64,000 bases of DNA from an uncultured Acidobacteriota bacterium (GCA_963796275.1 CAWCKY010000006.1:1056001-1120000), one strand, 5' to 3'; shown: positions 31,246 through 42,270, counted from the stretch's first letter. Numbers and translations are program-made. Notes: generated from the letters alone by a model not told the origin.

Positions 31246-31566
31246 TCACCTCGGGTTTAATGGTTTTATTTCCAGTCCGACCAGCACGCGTTCTTCATTC
31301 GACAGATCGCCAATAATCTTTTTGAGCGGCGGCGGCAATTTCCGCACCAGCGTCGGGATGGCCAGTATCTGGTCATTGGCAGCCAGCTTGGGGTGTTCGA
31401 TCAAGTCAATCACTTCAATTTCGTATTGTCCGTCCAGATGGGTCTCGCAGATGTGCCTGAGGTGGGCGAGTGCGGCGATTGACTTCTCGGTTTGCCCGGC
31501 GATGTATAGCCGTAACTGCCAGTCGATTTTTTCTCGCCCTTTTTTTCGGCTTGGGGTTGTTCTCAT
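31246..31566 (-). CDS. kaiB: Circadian clock protein KaiB-like
   Basis: [42 protein letters not shown]. Confidence 0.95.
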   Translation of the reverse strand: MRTTPSRKKGREKIDWQLRLYIAGQTEKSIAALAHLRHICETHLDGQYEIEVIDLIEHPKLAANDQILAIPTLVRKLPPPLKKIIGDLSNEERVLVGLEIKPLNPR

Positions 31567-33320
31567 CGTTCTCTCCCAGGCGGAATGCGCCCATCTTGGA
31601 CCGGAGCGATCGCGCCATCGCGCCGCTGCCCCATTATTTTCGCCTTCCCCTCTATGTCAGTTTCCATCTCCTTCTGCGCGATAACAACGTCGGTTTCCGC
31701 CGTTGCCGCATCGATTTCGATCTGCAGTGCGGCGATCTGGGCTTCGAGAGCTTTGCGTTTGGCACCAAGCTCGTGCAGCCGGCGTTCGTGACCCTGTCGA
31801 CGTAGCGCGGCGGCCGCGCGTTCCCGCGCCTCCTGTGCGATGCGTGCCGTACCCGTCAAGACCTGGTCGCTGCCGAGGTAGACATCCAAAAGTTCAACGC
31901 CGTCACTCGTAATGAGAAATTCACGCACCTGATTGGAATGCGCCATCCCCCGCGATTTCAGTACATAGAGTGTACGATTGCGTTCTCCGTTGTTTTCGAC
32001 ATTGCGCAGCAGAACCCATGTATCCATCAATGATGATACGCCTACTTGCGCACCCTCCGGTGTTACCCGCGCATCGGTAAGGCTGGTGAAGAGCGTGGTG
32101 ATCTCATGTTGTTTGAGAAAGTCGATCAATCGCACCAGCGTCGACTTGACCTCAGCCGAGTTTTTTTCAAGCGCCAGATTGGTGATCGGGTCAACGACGA
32201 CCGCCGATGGGCGATAATCAGTTACTGCATCATGCATAACCAATAAATGCTGTTCCAGGCCGTGCAAGGTAGGGGGCGAGGTGGGAATTTTGAGCAGTCC
32301 CTTTATTATCCACTGCTCCAGATCGATCCCGATCGATCGCATATTGCGCACGATTTGCGATGCCGATTCTTCAAAAGCGAACATCAGCGCACGTTCGCCT
32401 CGCTGGCAGGCCGCCGCAATAAAAGCTGCGCCGATGCTGGTCTTTCCCGTGCCCGGCGAGCCGGTGACGAGCGCGCTGCTTCCGCGATATAGGCCTTTGC
32501 CGCCGAGCATTTCGTCCAGGCGCTTGATTCCCGTCGAGATGCGCTCTGTCGAGGCTTTGTGATTCAGCGAGAGCGAAGTGATGGGCAGCACCGATAATCC
32601 GCGGTTGCCGATCAGGAATGGATATTCATTCGTGCCGTGGGCCGAGCCGCGATACTTCACGACGCGCATCCGCCTGGTGGAAATCTGTTCCGTCACGCGT
32701 TGATCGAGCAGGATCACGCAATCGGCGACGTACTCTTCCAATCCGTAACGGGTGAGCGAATGTGTGCCGCGCTCGCCGGTGATGATCGCCGTCATTCCGC
32801 GATCCTTCAACCAGCGGAAAAGTCGCCGCAACTCGGCGCGCAGGATAGCGTGATTGTGCAGCCCGGCGAAGAGTGCTTCGACTGTATCGATCACAACTCG
32901 CCGGGCGCCGATGGAATCGATCGCATAGCTGAGCCGTATGAACAACCCATCCAGGTCGTATTCGCCTGTCTCTTCGATTTCACTGCGTTCTATATAAACA
33001 TAGTCGAGCTTGAGCTTTTTCTGCGCCACAAGTTTTTCCAGGTCGAATCCCAGCGAGCGGACATTGGCGGAAAGTTCATCTGCATTCTCCTCAAACAACA
33101 TTAACACGCCCGGTTCGCCGAATTCGGTGGCGCCGCGAACAAGAAACTCAACGGCGAGCATAGTTTTGCCCGTGCCGGCAGTACCACAGATCAAGGTGGG
33201 ACGCCCGGCGGGCAAACCACCGCCTGTAATTTCATCCAGCCCCAGAATCCCAGTCGGAGCCTTTGGCACACCCGTATTATGATCCCTGATACCTACGGTT
33301 CTTTTTCTTGACTTATTCAT
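31563..33320 (-). CDS. kaiC: Circadian clock protein KaiC (KaiC2-type, C-terminal coiled coil)
   Basis: Two RecA-like domains ([16 protein letters not shown]), FEE motifs, [21 protein letters not shown] and phosphosite region [12 protein letters not shown] overlap with kaiB. Confidence 0.95.
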   Translation of the reverse strand: MNKSRKRTVGIRDHNTGVPKAPTGILGLDEITGGGLPAGRPTLICGTAGTGKTMLAVEFLVRGATEFGEPGVLMLFEENADELSANVRSLGFDLEKLVAQKKLKLDYVYIERSEIEETGEYDLDGLFIRLSYAIDSIGARRVVIDTVEALFAGLHNHAILRAELRRLFRWLKDRGMTAIITGERGTHSLTRYGLEEYVADCVILLDQRVTEQISTRRMRVVKYRGSAHGTNEYPFLIGNRGLSVLPITSLSLNHKASTERISTGIKRLDEMLGGKGLYRGSSALVTGSPGTGKTSIGAAFIAAACQRGERALMFAFEESASQIVRNMRSIGIDLEQWIIKGLLKIPTSPPTLHGLEQHLLVMHDAVTDYRPSAVVVDPITNLALEKNSAEVKSTLVRLIDFLKQHEITTLFTSLTDARVTPEGAQVGVSSLMDTWVLLRNVENNGERNRTLYVLKSRGMAHSNQVREFLITSDGVELLDVYLGSDQVLTGTARIAQEARERAAAALRRQGHERRLHELGAKRKALEAQIAALQIEIDAATAETDVVIAQKEMETDIEGKAKIMGQRRDGAIAPVQDGRIPPGRER

Positions 33321-33879
33321 CTGAGCTGACAAAGATGCGCAAATTAAATTTCAAGCGATCTCGCTAGTTACTTCCGCTAAACCGCCGTAGTCCTTTATGA
33401 ATCGACGGTTTAAGCATCATTGTGCCCCAGATTCCTGCATCACATGCAGGTCATAATCGTCATAATCGTGAAATGCCAGATTGAACGGCGTTGGATATGC
33501 GGATGGAGGTAAAGCGTGGTTAACACGTTCGACGACCTCAACAACCTTGATCGTCCACCGAGTCATTGGCCTGGCTTGCTTTCGGGGATCAAATCAGTCC
33601 CAAAACTCGAACCCGTGAAAGTTACTGTTTCTCAAGGCTATATAGTATCACCCTGAGAATTAAAGAGAAACTTAAAAATGTCTGAGTAAAAACAGACGCG
33701 GGGAAGCTGCCCCTTTTCAGATTTAAAGGGGAATTTGCCAGCAGGACACTTTGCCGACGAATCAGAACCGCGAGCGGTTGCGAGCGGGACTTTCTGAAGT
33801 AAACCCGTTTCGAGAGCACGCTTGCGAGCGTTCATTCGCAATCTTCAATCCTAAATCTTCATCTTCATCTGAAACCGCA

Positions 33880-34641
33880 TTAATTGAGCAAACGCAAAAT
33901 TTTTTGGTGCAATGGCCGGTTGGTAGCAAGCCCCTCACCAGTGCTGAAATCGAGATTGCCCTTGAGAGTCGAAAAGACCCCGCCCGCTCCCTCCAGAATC
34001 GGCGGCATCGGCGCGACGTCATAGTATTTGAGCGCACCGGGATCGATCATCACATCCGCCAGGCCACGAGCGATGAGAGAGTATCCATAACAATCGCCGA
34101 AACCGCGGACCAGCCTGACCTTTTGATAGAGAGTTAGTAACTGGTTCTGTGGGGCAATTAAAGTTCGCGGATCGGTGATGATCATGGTGGCTTGGGAGAT
34201 TTCCGCCGTCTGTGAGACGAAACACCGCGCCCCGTTTAAAAATGTTCCGGTCTCGGCCGAACCGATCAGCAATTGATCCTGGATCGGGAAATATATAGAA
34301 CCGAGCACGGGCTGACCGTCGCGTTCGAGTGCGATCATCGTCCCGAAAAGCGGCGTCCGCAGGACAAATGATTTCGTTCCGTCGATCGGATCGATTATCC
34401 AGCGATAGGCGCTCGATCTCTTAGTCTCGCCGTACTCCTCACCGAGGATCGAATATTCCGGGAAGCGTTTTTCAAGAGCTTCACGCAGAAATTGTTCGGC
34501 TTCGCGGTCGGCGCGGGTGACTGGGCTGTCATCATCTTTTATTTCAACCTCGAATTGCGAGTAATAGTAACGGCGAACGATATCTCCAGCTTGTTGACTG
34601 AGTTCGTGTAGTATTGGGAAATAGGATTCTAGATTGTCCAT
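33880..34641 (-). CDS. hisN: Inositol monophosphatase family protein, probably histidinol-phosphate phosphatase
   Basis: SPVTRADREAE, GEEYG, WIIDPIDGTKSF, RGFGDCYGY and YDVA. Confidence 0.75.
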   Translation of the reverse strand: MDNLESYFPILHELSQQAGDIVRRYYYSQFEVEIKDDDSPVTRADREAEQFLREALEKRFPEYSILGEEYGETKRSSAYRWIIDPIDGTKSFVLRTPLFGTMIALERDGQPVLGSIYFPIQDQLLIGSAETGTFLNGARCFVSQTAEISQATMIITDPRTLIAPQNQLLTLYQKVRLVRGFGDCYGYSLIARGLADVMIDPGALKYYDVAPMPPILEGAGGVFSTLKGNLDFSTGEGLATNRPLHQKILRLLN

Positions 34642-34866
34642 AATTGCTTGGCATTGTATCGCGAAGAGAGAGCGTTGCACATTCCGTTGGGGATTCCAGG
34701 ATCTTTTAAACATCTGTTCGGGAGCCCACGGTTTCGGTGTTGAAACCTGGTGCTATTTTTTTGCGTATCCCATATGACTGAAAACTCGCGGTGGCGATGG
34801 TCAGAATATGGTCAGAATAATATGGTCAGGATATGGTCAGAATAAAGATAGTTGGGGAGGTCCGTA

Positions 34867-35523
34867 ATGAACCAGGCCGGTCGATCTTTCGCACTTTTCT
34901 TTCTCTTATATCTATTATCGGCCTGCAATCTCGTTCCCCGCGATTCCAAAGCCGTCTTTCTAAGCGATCGTGAGCTTACCGCTGCACAGCAGATAAGACC
35001 AAATGCCACCCCTCTCGAGAGGATACTTGCGCATTCGATTGAACAGACGACCAAGACCTTCAGTTACGATCCGTCTTACGTCAAACTCGATTACCCGAAC
35101 GGCGATGTGCCGATCGATCGCGGCGTCTGCGCTGACGTGATCGTCCGTGCATTTCGGCAGGGTGGCATTGATCTGCAAAAAGAGCTGCACGAGGATATGT
35201 CGAAGAACTTCGCGCAGTATCCGCAAAAATGGGGTGCGAGGAGGCCGGATAAGAACATCGATCATCGCCGCGTTCCCAACCTGATGACCTGGTTCGAGCG
35301 TCAGGGCAAGAGTTTAACGGTGCGCGAAGATGGAGGGAATTATCTGCCGGGTGACGTCGTTGCGTGGGAACTCGCGGATGGGCGGTTCCATATAGGGATT
35401 GTGAGTCAAATAAAGATCAAAGGGATTGACCGGTATGCTATCGTACATAATATCGGCTCGGGCGCCAGGCTCGAAGACGTTTTGTTCGATTGGAAGATCA
35501 TTGGTCATTACCGGAATTTCTGA
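34867..35523 (+). CDS. DUF1287 (YijF-like) lipoprotein
   Basis: Lipobox LLSAC, YDPSYVKLDYPNGDVP, GVCADV and NIDHRRVPNL. Confidence 0.88.
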   Translation: MNQAGRSFALFFLLYLLSACNLVPRDSKAVFLSDRELTAAQQIRPNATPLERILAHSIEQTTKTFSYDPSYVKLDYPNGDVPIDRGVCADVIVRAFRQGGIDLQKELHEDMSKNFAQYPQKWGARRPDKNIDHRRVPNLMTWFERQGKSLTVREDGGNYLPGDVVAWELADGRFHIGIVSQIKIKGIDRYAIVHNIGSGARLEDVLFDWKIIGHYRNF

Positions 35524-35527
35524 TTTT

Positions 35528-35947
35528 ATGATGAATGTGAAAATGGCTCAGGGAATCGCTATCAAACCATCAAAAATTGACGGAAAGGGTTGTTTCGCGA
35601 CTGTTCAGTTCCACAAGGGCGTTAAGATTGCCGAGTATGTGGGTGAGAAGATATCGAGTCGCGAAGTAGCGCGGCGGGTGAAGGGGAAAAGCCGGATATA
35701 CATCAGCGGATTGGATTCTTACTGGGCGATCGACGCAAGCAGGCTCGGCAACGGCACCCAGTACATCAATCATTCCTGCGCGCCTAATTGCTACGTCAAG
35801 ATCATTCACGGTCACATTCTTTTCTTCGCGCTTCGCGACATCGAGCCGGGTGAAGAGATTCTACTCGATTATGAGTACACCTATCACTCAGATGCTAAGA
35901 GGTGTAATTGCGGCGCGCCGACCTGCCGCAAGCGAATGAATAAATGA
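35528..35947 (+). CDS. SET domain protein-lysine methyltransferase
   Basis: GKGCFA, YINHSCAPN, GEEILLDY and post-SET CNCGAPTCR. Confidence 0.92.
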   Translation: MMNVKMAQGIAIKPSKIDGKGCFATVQFHKGVKIAEYVGEKISSREVARRVKGKSRIYISGLDSYWAIDASRLGNGTQYINHSCAPNCYVKIIHGHILFFALRDIEPGEEILLDYEYTYHSDAKRCNCGAPTCRKRMNK

Positions 35948-36032
35948 GTGTGGTATGTCAAACGGACATTGAAGGAGACGGGAAAACGCCTTCTCATTTT
36001 TATATTTGTCGAGCGAGGGTCCGCAGCGGAAC

Positions 36033-37739
36033 TTATCTGATCAGCATACGCAGCAATTCCAGCCTTTGCGCAATCTCTGAACTCGCCATCTCGCGAAAAC
36101 GTTGGGGAACCATGGCCCTGGATGTCGCTTCGCGCGCGGCGACCAGTTCTTGATACTCGATCGCCTGTTCGTCACGCGCAGGCGTAAATTCGGATGCGAC
36201 GAAAGCCAGGTCATTATTCGTCACGTCATCGTGCCCGGCCATTCGGGCGACGCGGCGGGCGCGGATCAATATCGATTCGATGTCTGCCCCCGAGAGGTGC
36301 AGTTGATTGTCGGTGACCGGCCCCCAATCGCTGATCTGGTGTTTGATCTTATTCTTGCGCGCCATTGCCTCGGCGATCTCGCGCCGTTCTTCGGGATTTT
36401 CCGGGTAGAAGAGCGCTATATGCTCTTCGCATCGGCCCTGACGTTTCAAATCGATCGGCAGACGGTCAGGGCGTGAGGTCATCAATATCCACAATATGCG
36501 TCCCCGATTATCAGTGTCGCTCATGGCGGAAGCGATCTTTGAGAAGACTCGCTGATTTACCCCCGAATCGCCATCGGCTTCGCGTGTGCCGAGCGCTGCG
36601 TCGGCCTCATCGATGAGCACGACTATGGGTGCGAGCGATTGCAGCAGGTTGAGTATCTTTTCGAGGTTTGCTTCGGTCGAGCCCACCCATTTGTCGCGGA
36701 AGTTTTTAAATTCGACGACGTTCAATCCGCAGTCTTTGGCAAAGCACTCGGCGAGGAATGTCTTGCCTGTTCCGACCGGGCCGCAGATCAGAATACCCAT
36801 CGGCGCTTCTTCACGCTGTCCCTTTTTGATCGTCTCGGCAATGTCGCGCAGGTAATCCTTCGCCTCGCGCAACCCTCCGACGCTCTCCAGACCATGTCTG
36901 GGCGTGACGAATTCGATCAGACCCGCGCACTCGGCTTCGATAATCTCTTTCTTCTTGATCCGCACATCATCATATGTCAGGCCATCATCAGATGCGCGTG
37001 CGGCGCAGAGTAGCGAGCGGATATGGACGAAGTTTAGACCCGAGGTCAGAGCCGCGAGGTGAGTTTCTGTCATACCGACCTGGTCGATCGGATAGGCCGC
37101 CAGGAATTCCCTGATGTAGTCGAGCCTCTGCGATTCTTCGGGGTAGTGAACTTTGATCGATGCCAGGCGCGAGTTTTCGCGCACGCGCGCATGAATGTCA
37201 GACAACGACTCAGCAATGAGGATCACCATATTATCCGTCTCCATAAAACGCGCGCTCGTCAACCAGCGCTGTACGGATACCAGAGTATTGCGGTCATCGG
37301 CCGACATATAACCGATCTCCCCGGCGGGGAAGATCGTTTCGAGGAAGTTGATGATGATGGCGACGTGATCGGAAAAATAGAGAAATCGCTCGATCATCGG
37401 CAGCGCGCGCGCAGGATCGCGCGGAATTTGCGCCTCGGTTTTGAAATCGAGCAGGGGATCGGCGACCCTCTGCTGCGAGATAAATGCCCGCATCGTCTCA
37501 TCCGAATCGAAAGTGATACCCTCGCTGCGGTTGTAGAGCACGATGCGCTTATTGCCCAGCATCTCCCGTTGCAGGTATGAGAGCAATGAGACATAGCCGT
37601 TGCGCGAGCGTATCAGATCGTAAATGTTGTGATGCAGAAGAAAATGGCTGGACTCGCCCGCTAGATACTTCCGGGCCAGCTCTTCAGCCCATCCCGGCAT
37701 GCGGGCAGGCGCGGAGAGTGAGTGTGTCGTTGTCACCAT
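36033..37739 (-). CDS. Classical-clade AAA+ ATPase with a degenerate N-terminal AAA-like domain
   Basis: C-domain has GPVGTGKT, pore loop KWVGSTE, LIDEAD and SRH TSRPDRLPIDLKRQGR. The N-half lacks Walker A. Confidence 0.88.
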   Translation of the reverse strand: MVTTTHSLSAPARMPGWAEELARKYLAGESSHFLLHHNIYDLIRSRNGYVSLLSYLQREMLGNKRIVLYNRSEGITFDSDETMRAFISQQRVADPLLDFKTEAQIPRDPARALPMIERFLYFSDHVAIIINFLETIFPAGEIGYMSADDRNTLVSVQRWLTSARFMETDNMVILIAESLSDIHARVRENSRLASIKVHYPEESQRLDYIREFLAAYPIDQVGMTETHLAALTSGLNFVHIRSLLCAARASDDGLTYDDVRIKKKEIIEAECAGLIEFVTPRHGLESVGGLREAKDYLRDIAETIKKGQREEAPMGILICGPVGTGKTFLAECFAKDCGLNVVEFKNFRDKWVGSTEANLEKILNLLQSLAPIVVLIDEADAALGTREADGDSGVNQRVFSKIASAMSDTDNRGRILWILMTSRPDRLPIDLKRQGRCEEHIALFYPENPEERREIAEAMARKNKIKHQISDWGPVTDNQLHLSGADIESILIRARRVARMAGHDDVTNNDLAFVASEFTPARDEQAIEYQELVAAREATSRAMVPQRFREMASSEIAQRLELLRMLIR

Positions 37740-37751
37740 GGAATCTTTCCT

Positions 37752-37824
37752 GGTTGTCGGTAGTCGGTTAAAAGTGTCCGGACACCAGGCTATCAAGCGG
37801 GAACCGGCAACCGACTACCGACTA
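37752..37824. repeat. Inverted heptamer (ACCGACA/T) repeat hairpin element
   Basis: GGTTGTCGGTAGTCGGTT ... AACCGGCAACCGACTACCGACTA; same family at 41920-41988. Confidence 0.7.
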
Positions 37825-38655
37825 CTGTCTGCTGGCAAGAGATGGGCGTAATTGATTGGCCTCGCGATTGAGGGTATCGAGCTGGATCATGACCGGCGCG
37901 GTCTGCTGTAATATCTCCTTGGTCATTTCGATCGACGAGAGAAGCGAATCGAAGTCCAGGCTCAGGATATGCTCCGGAGTCGGCATCGTCACTACCTGGT
38001 CATTGACCAGCCCGAAGAAGTTTTCGATCATCTGGAGCTGAGCTTCGACACGTTTGACGCTGCGCTCGATGTCGTCATAGGTCTGCAGGCGCCGGCGCAG
38101 AATCTCGGCGTTCTTTTCATGAAGCGGGCGGGTCTCCTCATCGGAGAACTGTACGGTTCTCTCCGCCTGTCTCGATTGATTCTCCAGGGCCTGACGGTTT
38201 ATCGAACGAAGGTGGTTTTTGCGGCGGCGGTATTCGTCGAGCAGATCGACGAAGGCTTCCCACGTGGTTTCGAGCTCGCGGATCTGCAGCGGCTCTTCAG
38301 ATAATCTCGCGAACTTTTTGTAGTTGTCGGCAATCTGCTTCTTCATCCAGCTGAGATAGTCGACGGCCTCGCGCTCGCGCGGATCGAACGTTTTGATCAG
38401 TTCGATCCTCTGCTTCCTGCGATGCTCTTCGTGCAGTTTGCGAGAACGCCGATCGACAATCTTGCGATAGAATCTCGACCCTGGAATGGTCGCAAGGTAT
38501 GCGCCTTCGGCGATCAGCGCTCCAGCCAGCACCAGCGTCGGATCTATGAATCCCGTCGTTGCCGCGTAGGCTGCCGCGGCCGCGGATATCAGTAATCCGC
38601 CGACATTGACGGGTTCTTTCAGAGCCTCTTTGATGTAGGAGAGCTTAAACTCCAT
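37822..38655 (-). CDS. Membrane-anchored (2 TM) coiled-coil hypothetical protein
   Basis: ATG at 38655 (MEFKLSY...), two N-terminal hydrophobic helices, then a long charged helical region. Confidence 0.75.
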   Translation of the reverse strand: MEFKLSYIKEALKEPVNVGGLLISAAAAAYAATTGFIDPTLVLAGALIAEGAYLATIPGSRFYRKIVDRRSRKLHEEHRRKQRIELIKTFDPREREAVDYLSWMKKQIADNYKKFARLSEEPLQIRELETTWEAFVDLLDEYRRRKNHLRSINRQALENQSRQAERTVQFSDEETRPLHEKNAEILRRRLQTYDDIERSVKRVEAQLQMIENFFGLVNDQVVTMPTPEHILSLDFDSLLSSIEMTKEILQQTAPVMIQLDTLNREANQLRPSLASRQ

Positions 38656-38689
38656 ATTTGCCCCGTTCCCGTTACCCTTGTTACCCCGT

Positions 38690-39466
38690 TCATTGTTCCC
38701 GCGACTTCGCTCGATCGGGCGCAGAGGTGTCCGCCGAGCCGATCGTTCTCTCCGAGTTGCCCGATGGGGCGCCTTCACCCAGCGCCGGCATTTGCGCATC
38801 GGGCAGCAGGCCCATATCTTTCTTGTAAGATAAAAGCAGATCCTGCGATTCGATGTCGGCCAGTTCTTTATCGATATTCTGCATCCGCGCATCGAGGCTC
38901 GAAGAAGCTAGCTCGGCCTTCGCTTCCGCGGACGCGACGCGGCCGGCGATCTTGTCACGCATGTCGTCGAAGGTCTGAGAATCATCGCCGAGCTGGAAAC
39001 TGGCCATCGTTTGTGCCATCCGCTCCTGCATCTTGGCCTGTTTGTTGGCTGTAATCAGTTGCATTGCCTCCGCGGTCTTGCGGCGGATCTGCATCATGTA
39101 ATTGTCGAGAAACTCGCGCGCCTTGACGGACGCCACTTTTGCCTGTTCGTAATTCGATTTGCTGGTCTCGAGCGCCCGCTGCGAAGTCTGCATTTCGCTG
39201 ATGAGCGTCGTGGCGATGTCGTCGTGACCGGTGCGGATTGCGGCTTTGATCTTCTTATCAAAATCGGTGAGTTTGGCCGATTGCGCTTCAATTTCACGCG
39301 CCAGCCGCTTTTCCGTCGCCATCACCTGGGCGACATTTTCGCGCATCTTCGGCACCTCGTCGTTCATGTCGCGGACCAACTGCTGCAGGATCAACTCCGG
39401 ATCCTCCGCCTTGTCAACGATGCCGCCGAAAATTGAGCGAAACAGTCTTCTAAGACGATTCCACAT
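38690..39466 (-). CDS. pspA: PspA/IM30 (ESCRT-III superfamily) protein
   Basis: Amphipathic MWNRLRRLFRSIF, AEDPELILQQLVRDM, FDDMRDKI...AEAKAEL and a C-terminal extension. Confidence 0.92.
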   Translation of the reverse strand: MWNRLRRLFRSIFGGIVDKAEDPELILQQLVRDMNDEVPKMRENVAQVMATEKRLAREIEAQSAKLTDFDKKIKAAIRTGHDDIATTLISEMQTSQRALETSKSNYEQAKVASVKAREFLDNYMMQIRRKTAEAMQLITANKQAKMQERMAQTMASFQLGDDSQTFDDMRDKIAGRVASAEAKAELASSSLDARMQNIDKELADIESQDLLLSYKKDMGLLPDAQMPALGEGAPSGNSERTIGSADTSAPDRAKSREQ

Positions 39467-39847
39467 TTTTCTCTTCTCCCCTCAGGAGCCTTGTTGTTGT
39501 TACGATATAGGGAAAGTCGTTGTTCACAACTTATCAAGTTCTTGCTTCTTGCCCTGAATAAGGCTCAGTATAGCAGCAGCTTTTCTCATTGTCACTCAAT
39601 GCTTTGAGCATACCCGAAGTTGGCGCGTGAATCGGCGAGCCGTCTCCTTCGCCAAAAATAACGATGCGAAATTCACCAAAAAAATCACGAAAGAACAGCG
39701 AAAGAACCAAAAAGGAACGAGTACTAAGCGAGCGACAATTCACTTTTCACGGATGCTATTGTATTCTTATCGATCTGGAATTTTCGTGGCACCGCCCTTC
39801 CGAGGAAGGCTTTGCTACGCGATTTGTATGGGAAGTACAGGGAAGTG

Positions 39848-40381
39848 ATGGAGATCCGAGAAGCTTATACCCGCGACGCCATTCAAATTCACGCTCTCAT
39901 CAATAAATACGCCCACCAGCAGCAGATGCTGCCGCGCACGCTGCTCCATATTTATGAGAACATTCGTGATTTTCAAGTCGCGGTCGAAGATGGCCGCGTG
40001 CTCGGGTGCTCCGGATTGCATTTCACCTGGGGCGATATGGCGGAGATTCGCTCGCTCGCCGTCGATGAAGATGCCGGAGGTCGAGGAATAGGGCGCGCCC
40101 TCGTCGAAGCGAACATCGAGGAGGCCCGCCGGCACGAGCTGGTTCAAGTCTATGCGTTCACTTACGTCACGGAGTTCTTCTCCAAACTGGGTTTTCGCGT
40201 TGTACCTCACGAATCGATGCCGCGCAAAGTCTGGATGGATTGCATCAACTGTCATAAGTTCAACTGCTGCGATGAGGTCGCAATGGTGCTCGACCTGATT
40301 CATGACGCAAAGCCCGAACCCTTTGATGTCAGCCAGGTGAACATTCCGATCGTAAAACAGATCGAGCGCGATCGTGGATAA
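39848..40381 (+). CDS. Short GNAT amino-acid N-acetyltransferase (ArgA-like)
   Basis: [28 protein letters not shown] and [19 protein letters not shown]; next to argJ. Confidence 0.85.
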   Translation: MEIREAYTRDAIQIHALINKYAHQQQMLPRTLLHIYENIRDFQVAVEDGRVLGCSGLHFTWGDMAEIRSLAVDEDAGGRGIGRALVEANIEEARRHELVQVYAFTYVTEFFSKLGFRVVPHESMPRKVWMDCINCHKFNCCDEVAMVLDLIHDAKPEPFDVSQVNIPIVKQIERDRG

Positions 40382-40677
40382 AGTTGAAAATTCCCAATTC
40401 TGAACACCTGCATTCCGAAAGTGGACATCCCTCCCACGGATTCCATCTGAAATGCGCTTCTAAGTCGAGCTATTTGTTGTTTTGCTAATCGGCATCGATG
40501 TGGCATACAAATTGGAAAGGAGAGTACGGATTTGTTAATTGCTGGGTGCGGTTTGTCAACATTTTTTAGTTAGGTTGTTTGAACCGCGATCCCCCGGTGC
40601 AACTGAGCGAGCCGAGACGTAAGGCCGGGGCGTGAAGCAGGATATGCAAACGCAATTGGCAATTCACATGCGCAGAG

Positions 40678-41919
40678 ATGGGGAAGAATGGAAATCTAAA
40701 TAGCGGAAATTCCGGCAAAGGCTCCGATTCGTACTCTATCGCCGCGCCGCGCGGTTTTTTTGCCGGAGCGGCGCGGTGCGGATTGAAAAAGAGAGGGGAG
40801 GACCTGGCGATCATCTATTCCGAGAAGCCGGCTGTTGCTGCGGCAGTATTCACGCAGAACCTGGTACAGGCTGCGCCTGTGCTGGTTTCCCGGGAACACC
40901 TCAGATCCAGGACTCATCACGCCATCGTCGTCAACTCAGGCGGAGCGAATGCGTGCACTGGGCGAGAGGGGTTGAACGATGCGCGGCACACTGCGCAGCT
41001 GGTTGCGGAATATTTCAATTGCGATGAACGCGAGGTGCTCGTAGCGTCGACGGGCGTAATCGGCGTGCGGCTAGATATGAATAAAATCGCGAGCGGAATT
41101 CGTGCGGCGACGGCCGAGATTTCGCGCGCGAACGGCTGGCGGGTCGCCGAAGCGATGATGACCACGGATACGCGGCCGAAGCGCGCGAGCAGGACGATCA
41201 GGCTCGGAAACAGACGCGCCACGATCGCAGGCGTCGCCAAAGGGTCGGGAATGATCCATCCCCATATGGCTACGCTCCTCTCGTTCATCACCACCGATGC
41301 CGCGATCAGCAAATCCGCGCTCCAGGCGGCGCTGCAGAATGCGGCCAACCAGAGCTTCAATCGGGTTTCGATAGATGGGGACACGTCGACCAATGATATG
41401 CTGGCGGTTCTCGCCAATGGCGCGGCGGAGAACGAATTGATAACCAGTCAAGCGGGCGGCGATTTCGAGATATTCGTGAAAGGCCTGACCGAAGTTTGCC
41501 GCGATCTGGCGATCCAGGTTGCGCGCGATGGAGAGGGCGCTCGCAAGTTGATCACGATAAAGGTGAGGCGTGCTCCGACTCAGCGCGATGCTGAGAAGAT
41601 TGCCGTGACCGTCGCCACGAGTCCACTCGTCAAAACTGCAATTGCGGGCGCCGATGCCAACTGGGGCCGTATTCTGGCGGCAGCAGGACGCAGCGGCGCG
41701 AAGTTCGATGTCTCGCGGGTCGAAATCAAAATCGGCGATCTCGCCGTCGCCCGCCATGGGATGGGATTGCAGTTCGATGAAGATCGCGCGCTGGAAATAT
41801 TGAAACGTAATGAGGTGACATTGACGATCGACCTGCACCAGGGCGAAGAAGATGTCACAGAATGGACCTGCGACATGACTGAAGGATACGTAAGGATAAA
41901 TGCGGATTATCGATCGTGA
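40678..41919 (+). CDS. argJ: Ornithine acetyltransferase / N-acetylglutamate synthase
   Basis: [48 protein letters not shown] and ANWGR. Confidence 0.96.
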   Translation: MGKNGNLNSGNSGKGSDSYSIAAPRGFFAGAARCGLKKRGEDLAIIYSEKPAVAAAVFTQNLVQAAPVLVSREHLRSRTHHAIVVNSGGANACTGREGLNDARHTAQLVAEYFNCDEREVLVASTGVIGVRLDMNKIASGIRAATAEISRANGWRVAEAMMTTDTRPKRASRTIRLGNRRATIAGVAKGSGMIHPHMATLLSFITTDAAISKSALQAALQNAANQSFNRVSIDGDTSTNDMLAVLANGAAENELITSQAGGDFEIFVKGLTEVCRDLAIQVARDGEGARKLITIKVRRAPTQRDAEKIAVTVATSPLVKTAIAGADANWGRILAAAGRSGAKFDVSRVEIKIGDLAVARHGMGLQFDEDRALEILKRNEVTLTIDLHQGEEDVTEWTCDMTEGYVRINADYRS

Positions 41920-41988
41920 GTCGGGTGCCGGTAGTCGGTTCATAGTTTTTTTTAATCGCTAATGCCACCGACAACCGACAACCGGTAC
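41920..41988. repeat. Inverted heptamer repeat hairpin after argJ
   Basis: GTCGGGTGCCGGTAGTCGGTT ... ACCGACAACCGACAACCGGTAC. Confidence 0.65.
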
Positions 41989-42236
41989 TTTCTTGCAACC
42001 ATCGGTACGGTAACTACGTAAATTGTTGACGGCAGATGATGTAAAGGCGGTTCAAGCGAGGTCGCCGGCATCAACCGGTTCTGACAATTCCGACAAGGGG
42101 CGTGATAATTCGGCTATGACGTCACATGAAAACATGGCGACTCGAAAAACGCTTACCGGGGATTCCTCTTCGCCCCGCCCTGGCTATTATGACTAGGCCC
42201 CTTCGGACTTGGCAGGATATTGAAACAATTAGCCTT

Positions 42237-42270
42237 TGTAACTATAGCGATAGTGTAACTATAGCAATAG
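42237..42270 (+). promoter_or_regulatory. 17-bp tandem direct repeat, candidate operator upstream of tolC-like gene
   Basis: TGTAACTATAGCGATAG TGTAACTATAGCAATAG (1 mismatch). Confidence 0.5.

Noticed and set aside
40490-40517. sigma54 promoter upstream of argJ
   Set aside because: TGGCAT-N5-TTGGA lacks the conserved -12 GC
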